Shown one piece after another: positions 38,164 through 49,893 of a stretch of 64,000 nt of DNA. Positions within the stretch are counted from its first letter, which is position 1, and every line of letters begins with the position of its first letter. Origin of the DNA: Moniliella sp. 'wahieum' (lineage: Eukaryota); contig RSEE01000032.1 of assembly GCA_003971905.1 (NCBI GenBank), positions 558,001 to 622,000 of the forward strand. The letters run 5' to 3'. Made by a program: the position numbers and the translations under genes. Below the pieces are notes generated by a model. That model saw only the letters and a list, made by a program, of their open reading frames with translations. It did no database searches and was not told the DNA's origin.

Positions 38164-39581
38164 ATGGCTGCCGTGCTGGGGCTCAAGCGGAGGATAGCTC
38201 CACTTTTGCACCGCTCCTTTTCCACGTCCTCTTCATCGTGGGCGCAGCGTCTGTACTATGCCGGCATCCTTCCTGGAGGCCAGCCTTCGCCCTTTCTTCG
38301 CGCCCCGTGCCCTCGTCTATGCTGGACGTGGGCGAGGCGCAGTGGCTGCACCTCACCCACCTTGTTGGCGGTTCTTCGCACGCACTGCTCGTGGGCCATG
38401 TCGGCAGTGCTTCCGCACAGCACTTGTCTTCCTCCACCGAAGGAGAAGTCATTCCCCAAGGTAGGGATACCGTCCTCGCCGTTGGCCGGACCATGCTCAA
38501 TGGTCTGGGTGGCGGCCGAGGGGCCGTACGCCTGGACCCAGCCACTGAGCTTGCCCCCAACGCACTGATTCGAGGCGCGGCAGCCGGCTTGGGATCAAGT
38601 TATGTGTTGGTGCGTGACCTGCGGCGGAGCAAGGAGGACACGCTCTATGTCTGGGGTAGCAATGGCTCGGGTCAACTGGGCTGCAGTCACCAACAGGTAC
38701 CCGCTACTTGCCCGACTCCCATCGCGCTTCCTATTCCGTCCAGTTACCAGCCTGGCGGGAAGGCGGCGGGGCCTGGCCCAAGTAGCTGCCGGGCTGGACC
38801 ATGCTCTGCTACTTTGTGCACAGATCGGCCGGCCCAACGGGGGCACGACACTCTACGGCCGCCGGCCTCAATGCGGATGGGCAACTGGGCCAGCCCGAGT
38901 GGAGGTGAAATCGGATGCCTTTGCCCCGGTTGCTTTTCCTCTGGAGGACGGAGAAACAATCGTTTCCCTCGCCGCCGGCGGCGACACCTCCTTTGCCATC
39001 TCCTCCACGGGGAGGGTATTCGGGTGGGGCAACAATGAGTATGGCCAAGCTTTGGGCCCCGAAGGGGTGGACCAAGTACGCATCCCAACCGATGTCACTC
39101 CGCAGCTGCATGCAGCGGGGATCAAGGGGTAAAAAAGGTTGTTGTGGCCGGGAGCGCGGTTGCCTTCCTCGATACGGATCAGGGCGTGTGGACGACGGGG
39201 TATGGACCGTTGGGACGCGCTATGGACCAAATCGATGGCAAACCCGCCGTAGTGGAGCAAGTTGGCTCCTCTTCCTCTTCCCCTGGGACCATTTACTCAC
39301 CTCACCAGCGGGACCGAGTACTTTGCCACCGGCTCCGGCTCGGCTCATGCCGACCCACCCCTCTTGGTATGGGGGAAAGATTCCCCTCACGGCCGTTTGG
39401 GGCTGGGCGCTACCACTGGATCCGAGATCGATTCACCCCCTCCCCAAGTCGCGGTTACCCCACGCGTACCAGCCAAGCTCGGCCTCTGGCCCGAAAAGGT
39501 ACAGGTGGTAGATGTGGCGTGCACCCTCGATACTTCTGGGTGCTGGTGGAGGATGAAGCGGTGCCGGACCACTTGTCGTGA
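38164..39581 (+). CDS. RCC1/BLIP-II repeat beta-propeller protein with mitochondrial-type presequence; frameshifted
   Basis: MAAVLGLKRRIAPLLHRSFSTSSS presequence; LVGGSSHALL, LYVWGSNGSGQLG, QVAAGLDHALL, SLAAGGDTSFAISSTGRVFGWGNNEYGQ, LLVWGKD..GRLGLG. Confidence 0.82.
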
Positions 39582-41894
39582 TCCTTCCCGTGGTGGTATT
39601 GGACGTGCCCGTTTGGGACTGGTTTTGCTTGTTCTCTTTTGCGTCCTCAACAGGCCTCCGGCCTCCTCCCCCACCTGTCACAAAATGGTTGCTTATCGGA
39701 TTTGTATCTGGCATCTCTTACATTGCGCATGGTCCTATGGGACACGTATCTGCAAACACAGCTTACCTTATGGCCTTACGGCACAGGGATGATCCTTGTG
39801 TACTGCATGCATGAGTTCTGAGTAGAGTGGTGTTCATCGTTGACTGGAACAATAATAACTTGAGGGAATTAAGATCAGCATCAATCATCGCACGTTGGCG
39901 TTGAGCAGTCCTCTTGATAGCGTTCCATCCGGTCCCACGAGGCGACGAGGCGTGGCTGCGCCGGATAGACAGAGTTGAAGGTAGACCAAGGCGCCGAGGT
40001 TGCTCCCAATATGAGATCGAAGAGATCCATGTCGATACGATGATGGGGGAATGGAGCCAGCGGTGCACGTGCGTGCCAGTTGTACCGATCGACCATGGGT
40101 ACATGGTGCGGCCGAGGCACGTGACCGCCAGAAGCGTGCAGGCGCCGCCTGGGGCTGGCCTGGAAGCTGGAGGGCCAGGAGCACAGAACGAGTGATGGCA
40201 AGATGATCGTGACGTGGCACTCCACGGCGTGCCGGTCTGATCTGAATGTTGCAGCTGAACATTTGACCCCTGGGGCCGGACTAGCTGACTGGAGGGATGG
40301 GATGCGCATCGCACGGCGTCACCGCTGGGGCGCTGGGGCTCAGTACCAGTGATGGGATGAAACCAAACTGTTCGTGTCTGCAGCCCACGTCTGTCCCATC
40401 GCAAACCGTCTCGCATGTCGCGCCAGATCGGACGGCCGATGGCACGAGCCCCACTCCAGCAGCCCCAGGTTCTGAGCTCCCACTCCCCACAGCACATGGC
40501 AAGGGCCGTGCACGCGACCCGGCTGAGCCTCAGCGCCTAGCGCCTGCGCGCGCCCCTTGCACAAGTGACGTCCACAGGTCTGGTTGGATATCCCAGCACG
40601 ATGGACGATGGACGCGGTTTGGGCGCTTGCATGGTACACGCCCCCACGCGCCACAGCGTCCACGCCCACACGCCGTTGGAGTTTGAGGCTGGGGGAGTGT
40701 GTGGGGCTTTGAAAATGGATGGTAAGCGACGTAGAGTTTGAACTGCTTGGTCTGGTCTGTGCGGCACTCCGTCACGGTGCCTGCGCAGGCGCTGTGGTAA
40801 CACAACAGTAGGTCACTAGGTAACTGTAACTGTTGGCTAGCGCCTCCTGCTAGTTCCCCCGTACAGTTTTCTCCATTGCATCACAACCGGGCTCCATGCA
40901 TTTTGGCACTGTTCACATTGCCCAGCAGCCATTGGCCGACTGGCAGTGTGTGTTCTCCGATCTGCTAATCGCGCCGAGCCAAGGCGAACTAGCGCTGCAG
41001 CAGCTGAGGCGCGCTATCGTGCTAACGGCTGAGCTGGGGACTGGGGTGGCAGCGATCGTCCACCTGCGGAAGTGCCAGCAGGATCTTCGCGTGGACGCAC
41101 AGAAACGGTGCTGCGCTGCTGCCAGCAGATCGAATGCCAACCAGCTCATGCAATCTGCAACCCAGTGCAAGAGGGTGAGAGATTCGGTCATCCGGTCATA
41201 CAGCATGCTCTGGGCCGTTCGTTGGTTGGACTGGGTGGGTTAGACGTTCGACACAGGCGGGATGGGATGTGCGCCCACCCAGCGGGGGAAGCAAACCACC
41301 GGGCGGCACGAGCAGGAAGAATGATGTGAGCATCGTGGTCAGAAGGTGCAGCACATTGCAAACGAGCAAGGTGGGCGGATACAGCCCGTCGAAATCGGCC
41401 TACTTGCGGAGAACGAACTGGGCGGGGGGGACCAGGCGCGCTGAGAAGGGCTGGGCCGCCGGGGGCTGGGGCGGCGTGGCAGCGCTGGGGCGGCGTGGCA
41501 GCGCTGGGGCTGGCGGGTGCAGGCTGGTGCCGGGCGGAGGCTGGCAGGTTATGACCTCAGAGGCGGAGTTTGGATCGCGCAGGCACCGCGCCAGTCTCCA
41601 CCCGCGGCATGGCGCGAGCGCAGGCCGGGCAGGCGAGTGCAGGCCGCCGCACCGCACGGGCGGCCGACTGCCGAGCTGCCCCTGTGGATCGGTAAATTCC
41701 TGGCGCAGGGGCAGTGTGCGGCGCGCTCCACCAGCCGCCTCCCTCGAGCTTCAGCCTCCACGGCGACTTTGGACCGCCTACGCGCCGATATAAAACCAAT
41801 CCGCAGGGGCCGCACTGCCGTCGGTCTACCCCCACTTCCTTCCTTCCCACTTCCTTTCCACCCACCCCTTCCCACTCCCACCTCGTCTCTTACC

Positions 41895-42968
41895 ATGGGT
41901 ATCCTCGACATTGTTCCCGCCGGCGTCGTCCAGGGCAAGGACGTCTACAAGGTCTTCGACTATGCCCGCGAGCACCACTTTGCCATCCCCTCCTTCAACG
42001 TCACCTCGTCCAGCACCGCTGTCGCTGTGATGGAGGCTGCCCGCGACGCCAAGGCGCCCATCATGGTGCAGGTGTCCAACGGCGGTGCTGCCTACTGGGC
42101 CGGCAAGGGCATTGACACACAGCAGAAGGCTTCCATCGAGGGTGCCATTGCTGCGGCCCACTATGTGCGTACCATTGCGCCTCTGTACGGCATCCCCGTC
42201 ATCATGCACTCGGACCACTGTGCCAAGAAGCTCCTCCCCTGGTTTGACGGCATGCTCGAGGCCGACAAGGCTTACTTCAAGGAGCACGGCATCCCCCTCT
42301 TCTCGTCGCACATGCTTGACTTGTCCGAGGAGTCCAAGGAGGAGAACATCCAGACCTGCAAGAAGTACCTCAAGGAGATGGCCCCCATGGGCATCTGGCT
42401 CGAGATGGAGTTTGGTATCACTGGTGGCGAGGAGGACGGTGTGAACAACGAGGGTGCCGCCAAGGAGAGCCTCTTCACCTCGCCCGAGGACATTTGGGAC
42501 ATCTACCGCGAGTTCTCTGAGATCACGCCCAACTTCTCGATTGCCGCTGCGTTCGGCAACTGCCACGGCTCCTACCAGGTCGGCAGCGTCGTCCTCCGCC
42601 CTGACATTCTCCGCGACCACCAGGAGTACGTCAAGAAGCAGACGGGCTCCACCAAGGAGAACCCGGTCTTCCTCGTCTTCCACGGTGGCTCGGGCTCCAC
42701 CAAGGAGGAGATCAACACTGCTGTCAAGAACGGTGTGGTCAAGATGAACGTTGACACTGACACCCAGTTCGCCTACCTCGAGGGTATCCGCGACTACGTC
42801 AAGAACAAGGCGCCCTACCTCCAGCAGCAGGTCGGCAACCCCGAGGGCGCTGACAAACCCAACAAGAAGTACTACGACCCGCGTGTCTGGGTCCGCGAGG
42901 GTGAGAAGACCATGTCGAAGCGTGTCCTGGAGGCGCTCCAGGACCTGCACACGGTCAACACCCTCTAA
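41895..42968 (+). CDS. FBA1: Fructose-bisphosphate aldolase class II; intact, intronless, strong codon bias
   Basis: FAIPSFNVTSSST, SNGGAAY, HSDHCAKKLLPWFDGML, LFSSHMLDLSEE, EMEFGITGGEEDGV, FGNCHG, VFHGGSGS, KMNVDTDTQ, PNKKYYDPRVWVREGE. Confidence 0.99.
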   Translation: MGILDIVPAGVVQGKDVYKVFDYAREHHFAIPSFNVTSSSTAVAVMEAARDAKAPIMVQVSNGGAAYWAGKGIDTQQKASIEGAIAAAHYVRTIAPLYGIPVIMHSDHCAKKLLPWFDGMLEADKAYFKEHGIPLFSSHMLDLSEESKEENIQTCKKYLKEMAPMGIWLEMEFGITGGEEDGVNNEGAAKESLFTSPEDIWDIYREFSEITPNFSIAAAFGNCHGSYQVGSVVLRPDILRDHQEYVKKQTGSTKENPVFLVFHGGSGSTKEEINTAVKNGVVKMNVDTDTQFAYLEGIRDYVKNKAPYLQQQVGNPEGADKPNKKYYDPRVWVREGEKTMSKRVLEALQDLHTVNTL

Positions 42969-43424
42969 GCAAAAACCCCCGTTGACAGGGTATGATCGTT
43001 CACGCCATCTTTACGCCCCGTGCTGCGACGGTGCGCTCGTTTCTAATACCAACACTTCGAATGATCTTTTTTGTATGGGCATAGTTGTCTTTCGTAGTTA
43101 CACAAACTTGCAAGGACTGCTATTGTCTTCTGTACAGTTTTGTTAGCTTGACCGGCTTCTTTTATTTCGGGAACTTAGGGCAGAGGATAAAGGATGACAT
43201 GGTGGGCGACACCATGTGCTATGGCCAGAACACGTCTGCTACCGTAGGGACAGCGTGGTGGGACTAATTATACGAGACTCCGCGGAGACAGTACTAGTCA
43301 TCCAAGTCATCAGTGGGGTTGGCAATCGTAAGATCGTAACATGTTGAAGGGGGAGCGGGGAGCGGGGTGCAGAATGGAGGATGTGGTTCTGAAGAAAGGC
43401 CTGGCAGGGGGCCTAGTATGAACG

Positions 43425-43680
43425 TCAAGCCACCGCGGGCTGCTCGTGCATTTCGACCAACACGTTCCTTCCGTCCCTCCGGCCTCAGACCTATTATACG
43501 ATCTGCGTTGTTTTCTCGCCTCTGGGTTCCTTTTGGTCCCCAGCCTATAGCCCCTGGTGTGGCGACTGGCTGTTTGATGTCCCTCTGTAGGCCTTGAATG
43601 ACTGGCTGGATGAGTCCACCACCACCACTACTGCGATTGCATCACGCTCGAGGACCTTCAGGACTCCAGCTCGCATCGAT
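43425..43680 (+). repeat. Dispersed repeat, copy 2
   Basis: Same-orientation diverged match to 31745-31990 (see copy 1). Confidence 0.75.
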
Positions 43681-44181
43681 CTAATGAGAGGCTATGAGAA
43701 GGGCAGGACCTTGTCTAGCCGATGGGGGGATACCGGGGAGTAGAGGGGGCGTCTCTGGGCGGATAAGAAGCGGGATGCCTAGTATACTATATTGTGTCAC
43801 GGAGGATGGCGCGAGTGGGGCATCGCCCCAGCATAAGAGGCTGCCCAGAGGTATGGTAGTCGACCATGAGGCCTGAGGCCTGGGAGGTCATGTAAGCCTG
43901 TTACTGGCGTTGCTCTCAGGCCCAAGTCCGAACCCAAGCAAGTAGATTTGTGGTATCGAATACAACCTACCGCCTCAGTGTGTGGATATTATACCAAGTC
44001 TCCCCATCGAAACCGAGCCGACCCAGTCGCCCAAGTTTACCCCCAGCTTACGTCTCATTCAGCCTCGCGGCCCCAGCTCGGGGGGAGTGGTGATCGAAGG
44101 CGGTCGATGGGGCGTTGGTTCCATCTTCCACCACTGTGGGGTGTGTGCGCGTGTTTGCCTCGGCTGGGTCGCTTGAGCACC

Positions 44182-45750
44182 ATGGTCCGTCGTCGCGACT
44201 CGTCTGGGTCGGAAGATGCGTATGTGGACAGTGACGAGGAGCTTCCGGTGCTGGCCAAGCGGGGCGGAGCGCCGAGCCGTGCGCCGCGCAAGCGCGCGCC
44301 GACGCAGCCGGAAAGTTATGCGTGGGAAGCGCAGTACCAAAAGTCGTGGGAAGGCGTGCAGGAAGACGGCACGGGTCAGCTGGCGGCGACGACCTCGTGG
44401 CTGCACGCTGCGCAGCGACGAAAAGTAGGTGCTGAGCCACTGCAGCGCGGCATCCTGCGCCACCTCGTGCTCATTCTCGATTTGAGCGAAGCGATGTTGG
44501 AAACCGACTTGCGGCCCTCACGATGGCAATTGGTCTTGTCCCTCACCCGCCACTTTGTCACGGAGTTTTATGACCAAAACCCCATTGGCCAATTGGCCTT
44601 GCTTGTCACCCGCGCCGGCGTCGCCGAACGCCTCGTGCCCATGGGCGCCAACCCCACCGAGTTCCTCCGTGTCTTGGCCGCCAAACGAACGCTCGAACCG
44701 CGCGGCGAACGAGCTTGCAAAAATGCTCTGGAAATGGCCCGAGGCAGCTTGGCGTACGCACTCCCCCCCCCCCCCCCCTCCTTTCTCCTTTCTTCGTGCT
44801 TCGTTCTCCGTTCTTCGTTCTTGGTTGGATGGGGAACGCATGAGACGAGATGAGATGACGTGACTGAGTGTGGGGACCAGACATTTGCCCAGCACCAATT
44901 CGCGCGAGGTGGTGGTGCTCTGGGGCAGCCTGACGACCCAGGACCCGGGCAACATTCACGACACGATTGCGCGTCTGGCCGAGGACGGGGTGCGGGTATC
45001 CTGTGTGTCGCTCGCGGCCGAGATGAAAGTGCTGCACAGCCTGGCGGACCGAACGGGGGGGCAGTTCAATGTCGCGTTGGACGAGGACCATCTGCAGCAG
45101 CTGTTGGCGGACCTCGTGCCGCCGCCAGCGGTCATTGAGACGGAGGACAAACCCTCCGGCCCTGAGCACGACGACGCGCAAGGCGAGCTTCTCTGTCTGG
45201 GCTTCCCGACCAAACGCGCCGCGCTGGGTGCGCCCACGCTCTGTGCATGCCACAACAAGCCCGCACACGCGGCTACCTCTGTGCGCGCTGCCAAGCTCAG
45301 CTCTGCGACGTTCCCACCGACTGCCCCGTCTGCGGATTGACCGCCATCCTCTCCACCCACCTCGCACGCAGCTACCACCACCTCTTGCCCGTCCGGCCGT
45401 ACGAGCCGCTGCGCTGGGCTGCGATTGCAAATCCCAATCCCCATCCCAATCCCAATCCCAATCCCCATCCCAATCCCAGTCCCAATCCCCATCCCAATGC
45501 GAATGGGAAGGCCAGCGACGCGCCGGACCCAGACCGCTGCTTTGCGTGCTGCACCGCTTTCCCGCGCCTCGCTCTGGCCGAGCAGCGGGAGCAAGACCAC
45601 GAGGCGGAACGTGTGGCGCAAGAACGCGAAGAAGCGCGTCGGTACGCCACCTCGGGCCGGTACCGCTGTCCCCGCTGTCACCACACTTTTTGTCTCGAGT
45701 GCGATACGTTTGTGCACGACGTGCTGCATGTCTGTCCTGGCTGTGTGTGA
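44182..45750 (+). CDS. SSL1: TFIIH p44 subunit Ssl1; frameshifted
   Basis: YAWEAQYQKSWE, LQRGILRHLVLILDLSEAM..DLRP, EFYDQNPIGQL, SREV..GSLTTQDPGNIH, GFP, LCACH, GYLCARC..CDVPTDCPVC, HLARSYHHL, YRCPRCHHTFCLECDTFVHDVLHVCPGC. Intron 44754-44880. Confidence 0.96.
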
Positions 45751-45844
45751 AGGTGCGAACGGTCGCGTCGAGAGCCCGCAGGAGGACGGCCAACAGAGGT
45801 CAAGTACGATCACCATTACCAGTACCAGTACCCGCTGGGGCTAG

Positions 45845-46050
45845 GCTTTTGCTTTGCTTTGTTTTGTTTTGTTTTGTTTTGCTTTGCTTTGGGACAAGGG
45901 AGACAGGATGGCATTTGCGAATGAAAGGCGAGGAAGGAAGAAGGAAGAAGAACGAGGAACGAGGAAAAAAAGGGGGTTACAAGCAAAAGTGAGAGGCGAG
46001 AGGTGAGAGGTGAGAGGAGGAAAAGAGGAAAAGAGGAAAAGAGGAAAGGA
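45845..46050. repeat. Simple repeats (GTTTT/GCTTT)n, (GAGAGGT)n and (AAAAGAGG)n in the convergent SSL1/SKT5 3' spacer
   Basis: Directly visible at ~45846-45891 and ~45990-46047. Confidence 0.85.
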
Positions 46051-46379
46051 AGGACGCGAGTAGCGCGAGGGCGTGAAATGAAATAAAAGATAGTGTCCTG
46101 GGGGCAGACGAGGCGCAGAGGAGAGCGGTTGAGACGACATAAAACAAAACGGTGCCAGCCACACGAGGCAGCCGAGGCAGGAGGAAGCGGGCAGAAGAGC
46201 CAACGCTCCAGACATGCCCAGCATGCGCCTTGCGGCGTTAGGCAGTGTGGATGAAAAAAAGGACTTTTAGGAGGGTGGGGTGAGACACTACCGTGTGTGT
46301 GTGTGCGCGTGGGGTGTAGGTGTAGGTGCGGGTGAGGGAGTGGGGGGAGGGGGGGGCATAGGGCGTGGCATGTCATGGG

Positions 46380-48289
46380 TTACGCGACCGCCGTCCGTCG
46401 CGGTTGCGGCGCCTTGGGAAGGCCGTTCAACCTGGGTCCGCCGCGCTTATCGCCATGTTCCACGGCCTTGGCGTACCAGGTGCGGGCGGCGGCCGGGTCG
46501 CGCGCGGTGCCAATGCCATTTTCGCTAAAGTAGCCCATGGCGTACTCGGCCTTGGCCAGGCCCTGTTCGGCGGCGCGCTTGGCCCAGAGGTAGGCCTCGG
46601 TATCGCTCTGCGGCAGCACGCCCGGCACACCGACCAGGTACCACGCCGTCAGCGCAAAGCACGCTTCCTTGTGGTTCTGCTGCGCGGCAATGTTGTACAT
46701 GTGCACACTCAGTCCGCCATCCACCGCACAGCCCATCTTGCCATACTCGTAGTTGAACCCGAGCTTGTACGCGCTAGGTGCGTACCCCAGCTCGGCCGCG
46801 CGCGCCAGCAGCTGGCACGCATGCTCGTGGTCCGGGAAGACAACGCCCGAGATTCCGCGGTCGTGGATCAGCGCGAGCTCGTGCAGCGCCTGTGGCCATT
46901 CTGGGGTGGCGACCTGGGCCGAGAGCTTGAGGTACTTGATGCCTTCTTTGGCGTTCTTGCGACGTCCCAGCTCGCCATTGAGTTCGGCCGTGGCCAGGCG
47001 ATAGAGTGCGCCCGGGTGGCCTTGCGCACCGGCCTTGCGCAGCCACTGGAGCGCTTTCGCATTGTCCTTGATACAGCCCCAGCCCTTTTCGTAGCACCGC
47101 CCGGCCTTGTACGCCGCTCGGCATGCCATGTTTGGCCGCCAAGACGTACTGCGCCTGTGCGCGCGACATGCCCGCCTTGCCCTCCCGGCCTACTCCAGCG
47201 CCATGCACTCGGCCAAGTAGTACTGCGCGCCAACGTGGCCCCGATCGGCAATCTTGCGCAGCATGCCAAAGCTTTCCTGGTACAGCGCCTTGCGCTCCTT
47301 GGGGTCCAGCGTCATGTCGTCCCGCACCTGCGCCGCTTCCACCATAAATACAGCCAGCTCATACACCGTCTGCGGGTCGGTCGTCCGGCGCGCATTGGCG
47401 CGGTACAGCTCCAGCGTCTTGGCATGCGACAAGAGCGCCAGGTCTTCGCCCAGACGGAGATGGTGTTGTCAAACCCGCCGCACTCGCGCACTCGCCGAGA
47501 GGAAGGAGACCGGCCGGCTGGTCGCATTCGAGCCAAAGATGGACGGCGGCGCACTCCACGCCGACGCTTTGCCCGTCGGCGTCGGCGGCAACGACGCTTC
47601 CGAGCTCGTGGCGCGCAGCTGGCCCATGCTCGTGTTGATCGCAGCAAGGGAGAGACGTCCCTTGCCGGCGGCCAGCTGACGCGTGCTCAGGCTCGGCGGC
47701 ATCTCGGACGGCGTCTCGGGCGGGGTGAGGGCGTCGGCGAGCGAGCCCCGCGGGGACGGGGACGAGGGCACGGGGTCCTTGCCGTTGCGGATGGAGCTGT
47801 GGGGCTGCTGTTGCGCGGGCGGACCATAAAGTAGGGCTGGGGGGGCACGACGGGCTCTGGCTCGGGCTCTGGCTCGGGCGTGAGCTGGGCGGAGGAAGGG
47901 GTCGCGGGCTCGGCGGCCTCAGAAGGGGCCGGGAGCGGGTGGGAGGATTTGGGACGGAAGGGGACGGGGCTGGAGACGCTGAGGCGCTTGCCGACGGAGC
48001 TGCTGAAGGAGCGGAAGAGCGAGGAGGCGCGGCGGGAGTGGTGGCGCAGGCGGCTGGCGGCGGCGGTGGGCTGGGCGTTGGGGTCGGGGGAGGCGTCGGG
48101 CGGGGGCGGGGGCGAGGGGGTGGAGAGCTGGGCCAGGGCCGAGACGGAGGCGGAGGAGGCGGGGGTGGTGGCGGAGCGGGACGCGGCCGAGGGCGCGTGG
48201 AGGGAGGGGTGGGCGTCGTCGCTGCCGCTGCCGCTGAGCGCGGTGGACGTGGCGTCGTCGTCGGCCGGGCGGGGGGGCAGGGCGTCCAT
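46380..48289 (-). CDS. SKT5: Sel1-repeat chitin synthase activator (Skt5/Chs4 family); frameshifted
   Basis: LELYRANARRTTDP..YELAVFM, LRKIADRGHVGAQYYLA, AAYKAGRCYEKGWG, ALYRLATAELNGELG, ALHELA, AAELGYAPSAYKLGFNYEYGKMGC, FALTAWYLVG..VLPQSDTEAYLWAKRAAEQGLAKAEYAMGYF. Confidence 0.9.
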
Positions 48290-48899
48290 GGTGGTGGTGG
48301 TGGTGGAGGCGGAGGGGAGGCGAGGGGATGCTGTTTCTGGGGCTGTTCTGGCGGCGTCGCTCGCGGGGGGCGAAAATTCGTGGGCGAGGGAGCAGCGCAG
48401 CGCAGAGCGGCGCGGTGCGGTGCTGTGCAGTGCGGTGCGGTGGGGGGCGGGGGCGGCAGGCGCACGGGGGCAGCGTCGGCGCAAGGCACGGCTGCTCGGG
48501 GAGCCGCACGGCGCCTGTGTGGGTTGCGTGCGGATCAGAGCCGATCAGGCGTCAGGGGGGCAGCCGAGGAGGCAGGCGGCCGCAGCAGCCCGCACGCGGC
48601 GCCCGATGGCGTCACCGCCCTCCGCTCCCGCCACACCGCCGCTGTGGGAAGCAGCTGGGACAGCCGCACAGCCTCAGCTGGCCTCAGCGCCTCCGCCTCA
48701 GCGCCTCAGCCTCAGCGCAGCGCAGCACGCGGCTGTGTGTGCCTGGGCTGGCGCGCTGCCTGGGGCTGCTGTGACATGCATGTGATGCCCACAGAACCTC
48801 CCCCATGCATCACATGCACCTCCAGCTGCCTTTCCAGGCAGGCCGACGCCCCCACTGGGGCACAATCGAACCCCCGATCTGCTGAGTATCCTCCGTCTT

Positions 48900-49631
48900 A
48901 CGTCATACCCATTGCAATCCAACATTCAATCCAGACGCTGCCCGCCCAGGCGCGTACGTAGCCCGCTACGCCCCCGCCCGGCTCTTCCACAGCCCGCCCC
49001 CCCGCTTGGCCCACCCCCACCAGCCCTCCCTCGGCACGCCCCTCGGGCACCGCCGCCTCCTCCGTCTGCGCCGCCGGCGCCGCTGCCGCCAGCGCCAGCA
49101 CGTCCCGCTCCAGCGCGTCTTCCTCCACCTCGGGCACCAGCTCGTCCAGGTCGGAAAAGTCGTCTTGCGACACCTGCGTCCCAGTTAGCCTCCCTGCCCT
49201 GCAATCCACGCACAGCCACAGCACACACCTTGCTCACGCAATGTATACACAGTCATCACAGCACCCCACCAGCGACCCGGCAAGCAGCACGTTCGACACC
49301 AAGTATTTCCTCCGCGCCGCCTTGAGGAACGCGCCCATCTGGCCCGACGGCGTGAACCACGTGTTCTGCTGCGGTACCGTGCCGTGTGTCGCAGCGGCGT
49401 TGTGGGCGCGCCCACGGGCGCCTGGTACTCTTGCTGCGCTTGCGCCTGCTTCTGCATCCGCCGTTGCACTTCCGCATGGTCCGTCTCGCCCTCAGCGTGG
49501 ACCGAAGAGGAGTGGAGCGTCCGCGCGGGAGCCTGCGCGCGCTGCCGCAGCAGCAGAGGCGCGAGTGGGCGCGCAGCCAGGGCGGTGCGTGCGCTGGAGC
49601 GCGCAGCGGGCAGCTTGCTTGTCCAGCTCAT
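48900..49631 (-). CDS. COA3/CCDC56-like cytochrome c oxidase assembly factor with long N-terminal presequence; frameshifted; 3' end uncertain
   Basis: Presequence MSWTSKLPAARSSAR..ARTLHSS; manual translation gives QMGAFLKAARRKYLVSNVLLAGSLVG..VMTVYT, then a probable short intron (CTAAC..GCAG, acceptor ~49174) and VSQDDFSDLDE. This resembles the fungal Coa3 pattern RARRPY..N....L....VY....V.QD.F.D. Confidence 0.65.
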
Positions 49632-49893
49632 GGCAGCGCAATGGTGGTGGTCGTTGGCGGTTGGTTGTGCCGGGACAGCGGAAGGTTCTTGCGGCGCTTG
49701 GATTCCAGATTCCAGAGCGAAGCGCCGGGACAGCAGGTGGGCTGATGACATATGCATTGTTTCAACACTGGGGCGTACGTAAGCAGGCGCGTCGCGTCGT
49801 CGCGTCGTCGCGTCGGTACGCGCCGAGCCACTGCGCCGCCCGTGTCGGTTGCTTCCGGCCGCTTCTCTCCCACCACCACCACCTGCCCCGTCC

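Noticed and set aside
39800..41400. Several 90-240 aa ORFs between the RCC1-like gene and FBA1
   Set aside because: Overlapping on both strands, no recognisable motif, and consistent with chance ORFs in fairly GC-rich DNA.
41826..42950. 374-aa antisense ORF overlapping FBA1
   Set aside because: Explained by extreme codon bias of FBA1 (no CTA, TTA or TCA codons in that register, hence no antisense stops); no independent motif.
42966..42995. Cryptic peroxisomal signal by stop read-through of FBA1, as known for some fungal glycolytic enzymes
   Set aside because: Stop is TAA GCA, not the TGA CTA context, and the extension AKTPVDRV does not end in a PTS1.
31581..43680. One intact LTR retroelement bounded by the two repeat copies
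   Set aside because: The interior holds housekeeping genes and no gag/pol; copies are strongly diverged and no target-site duplication was found.
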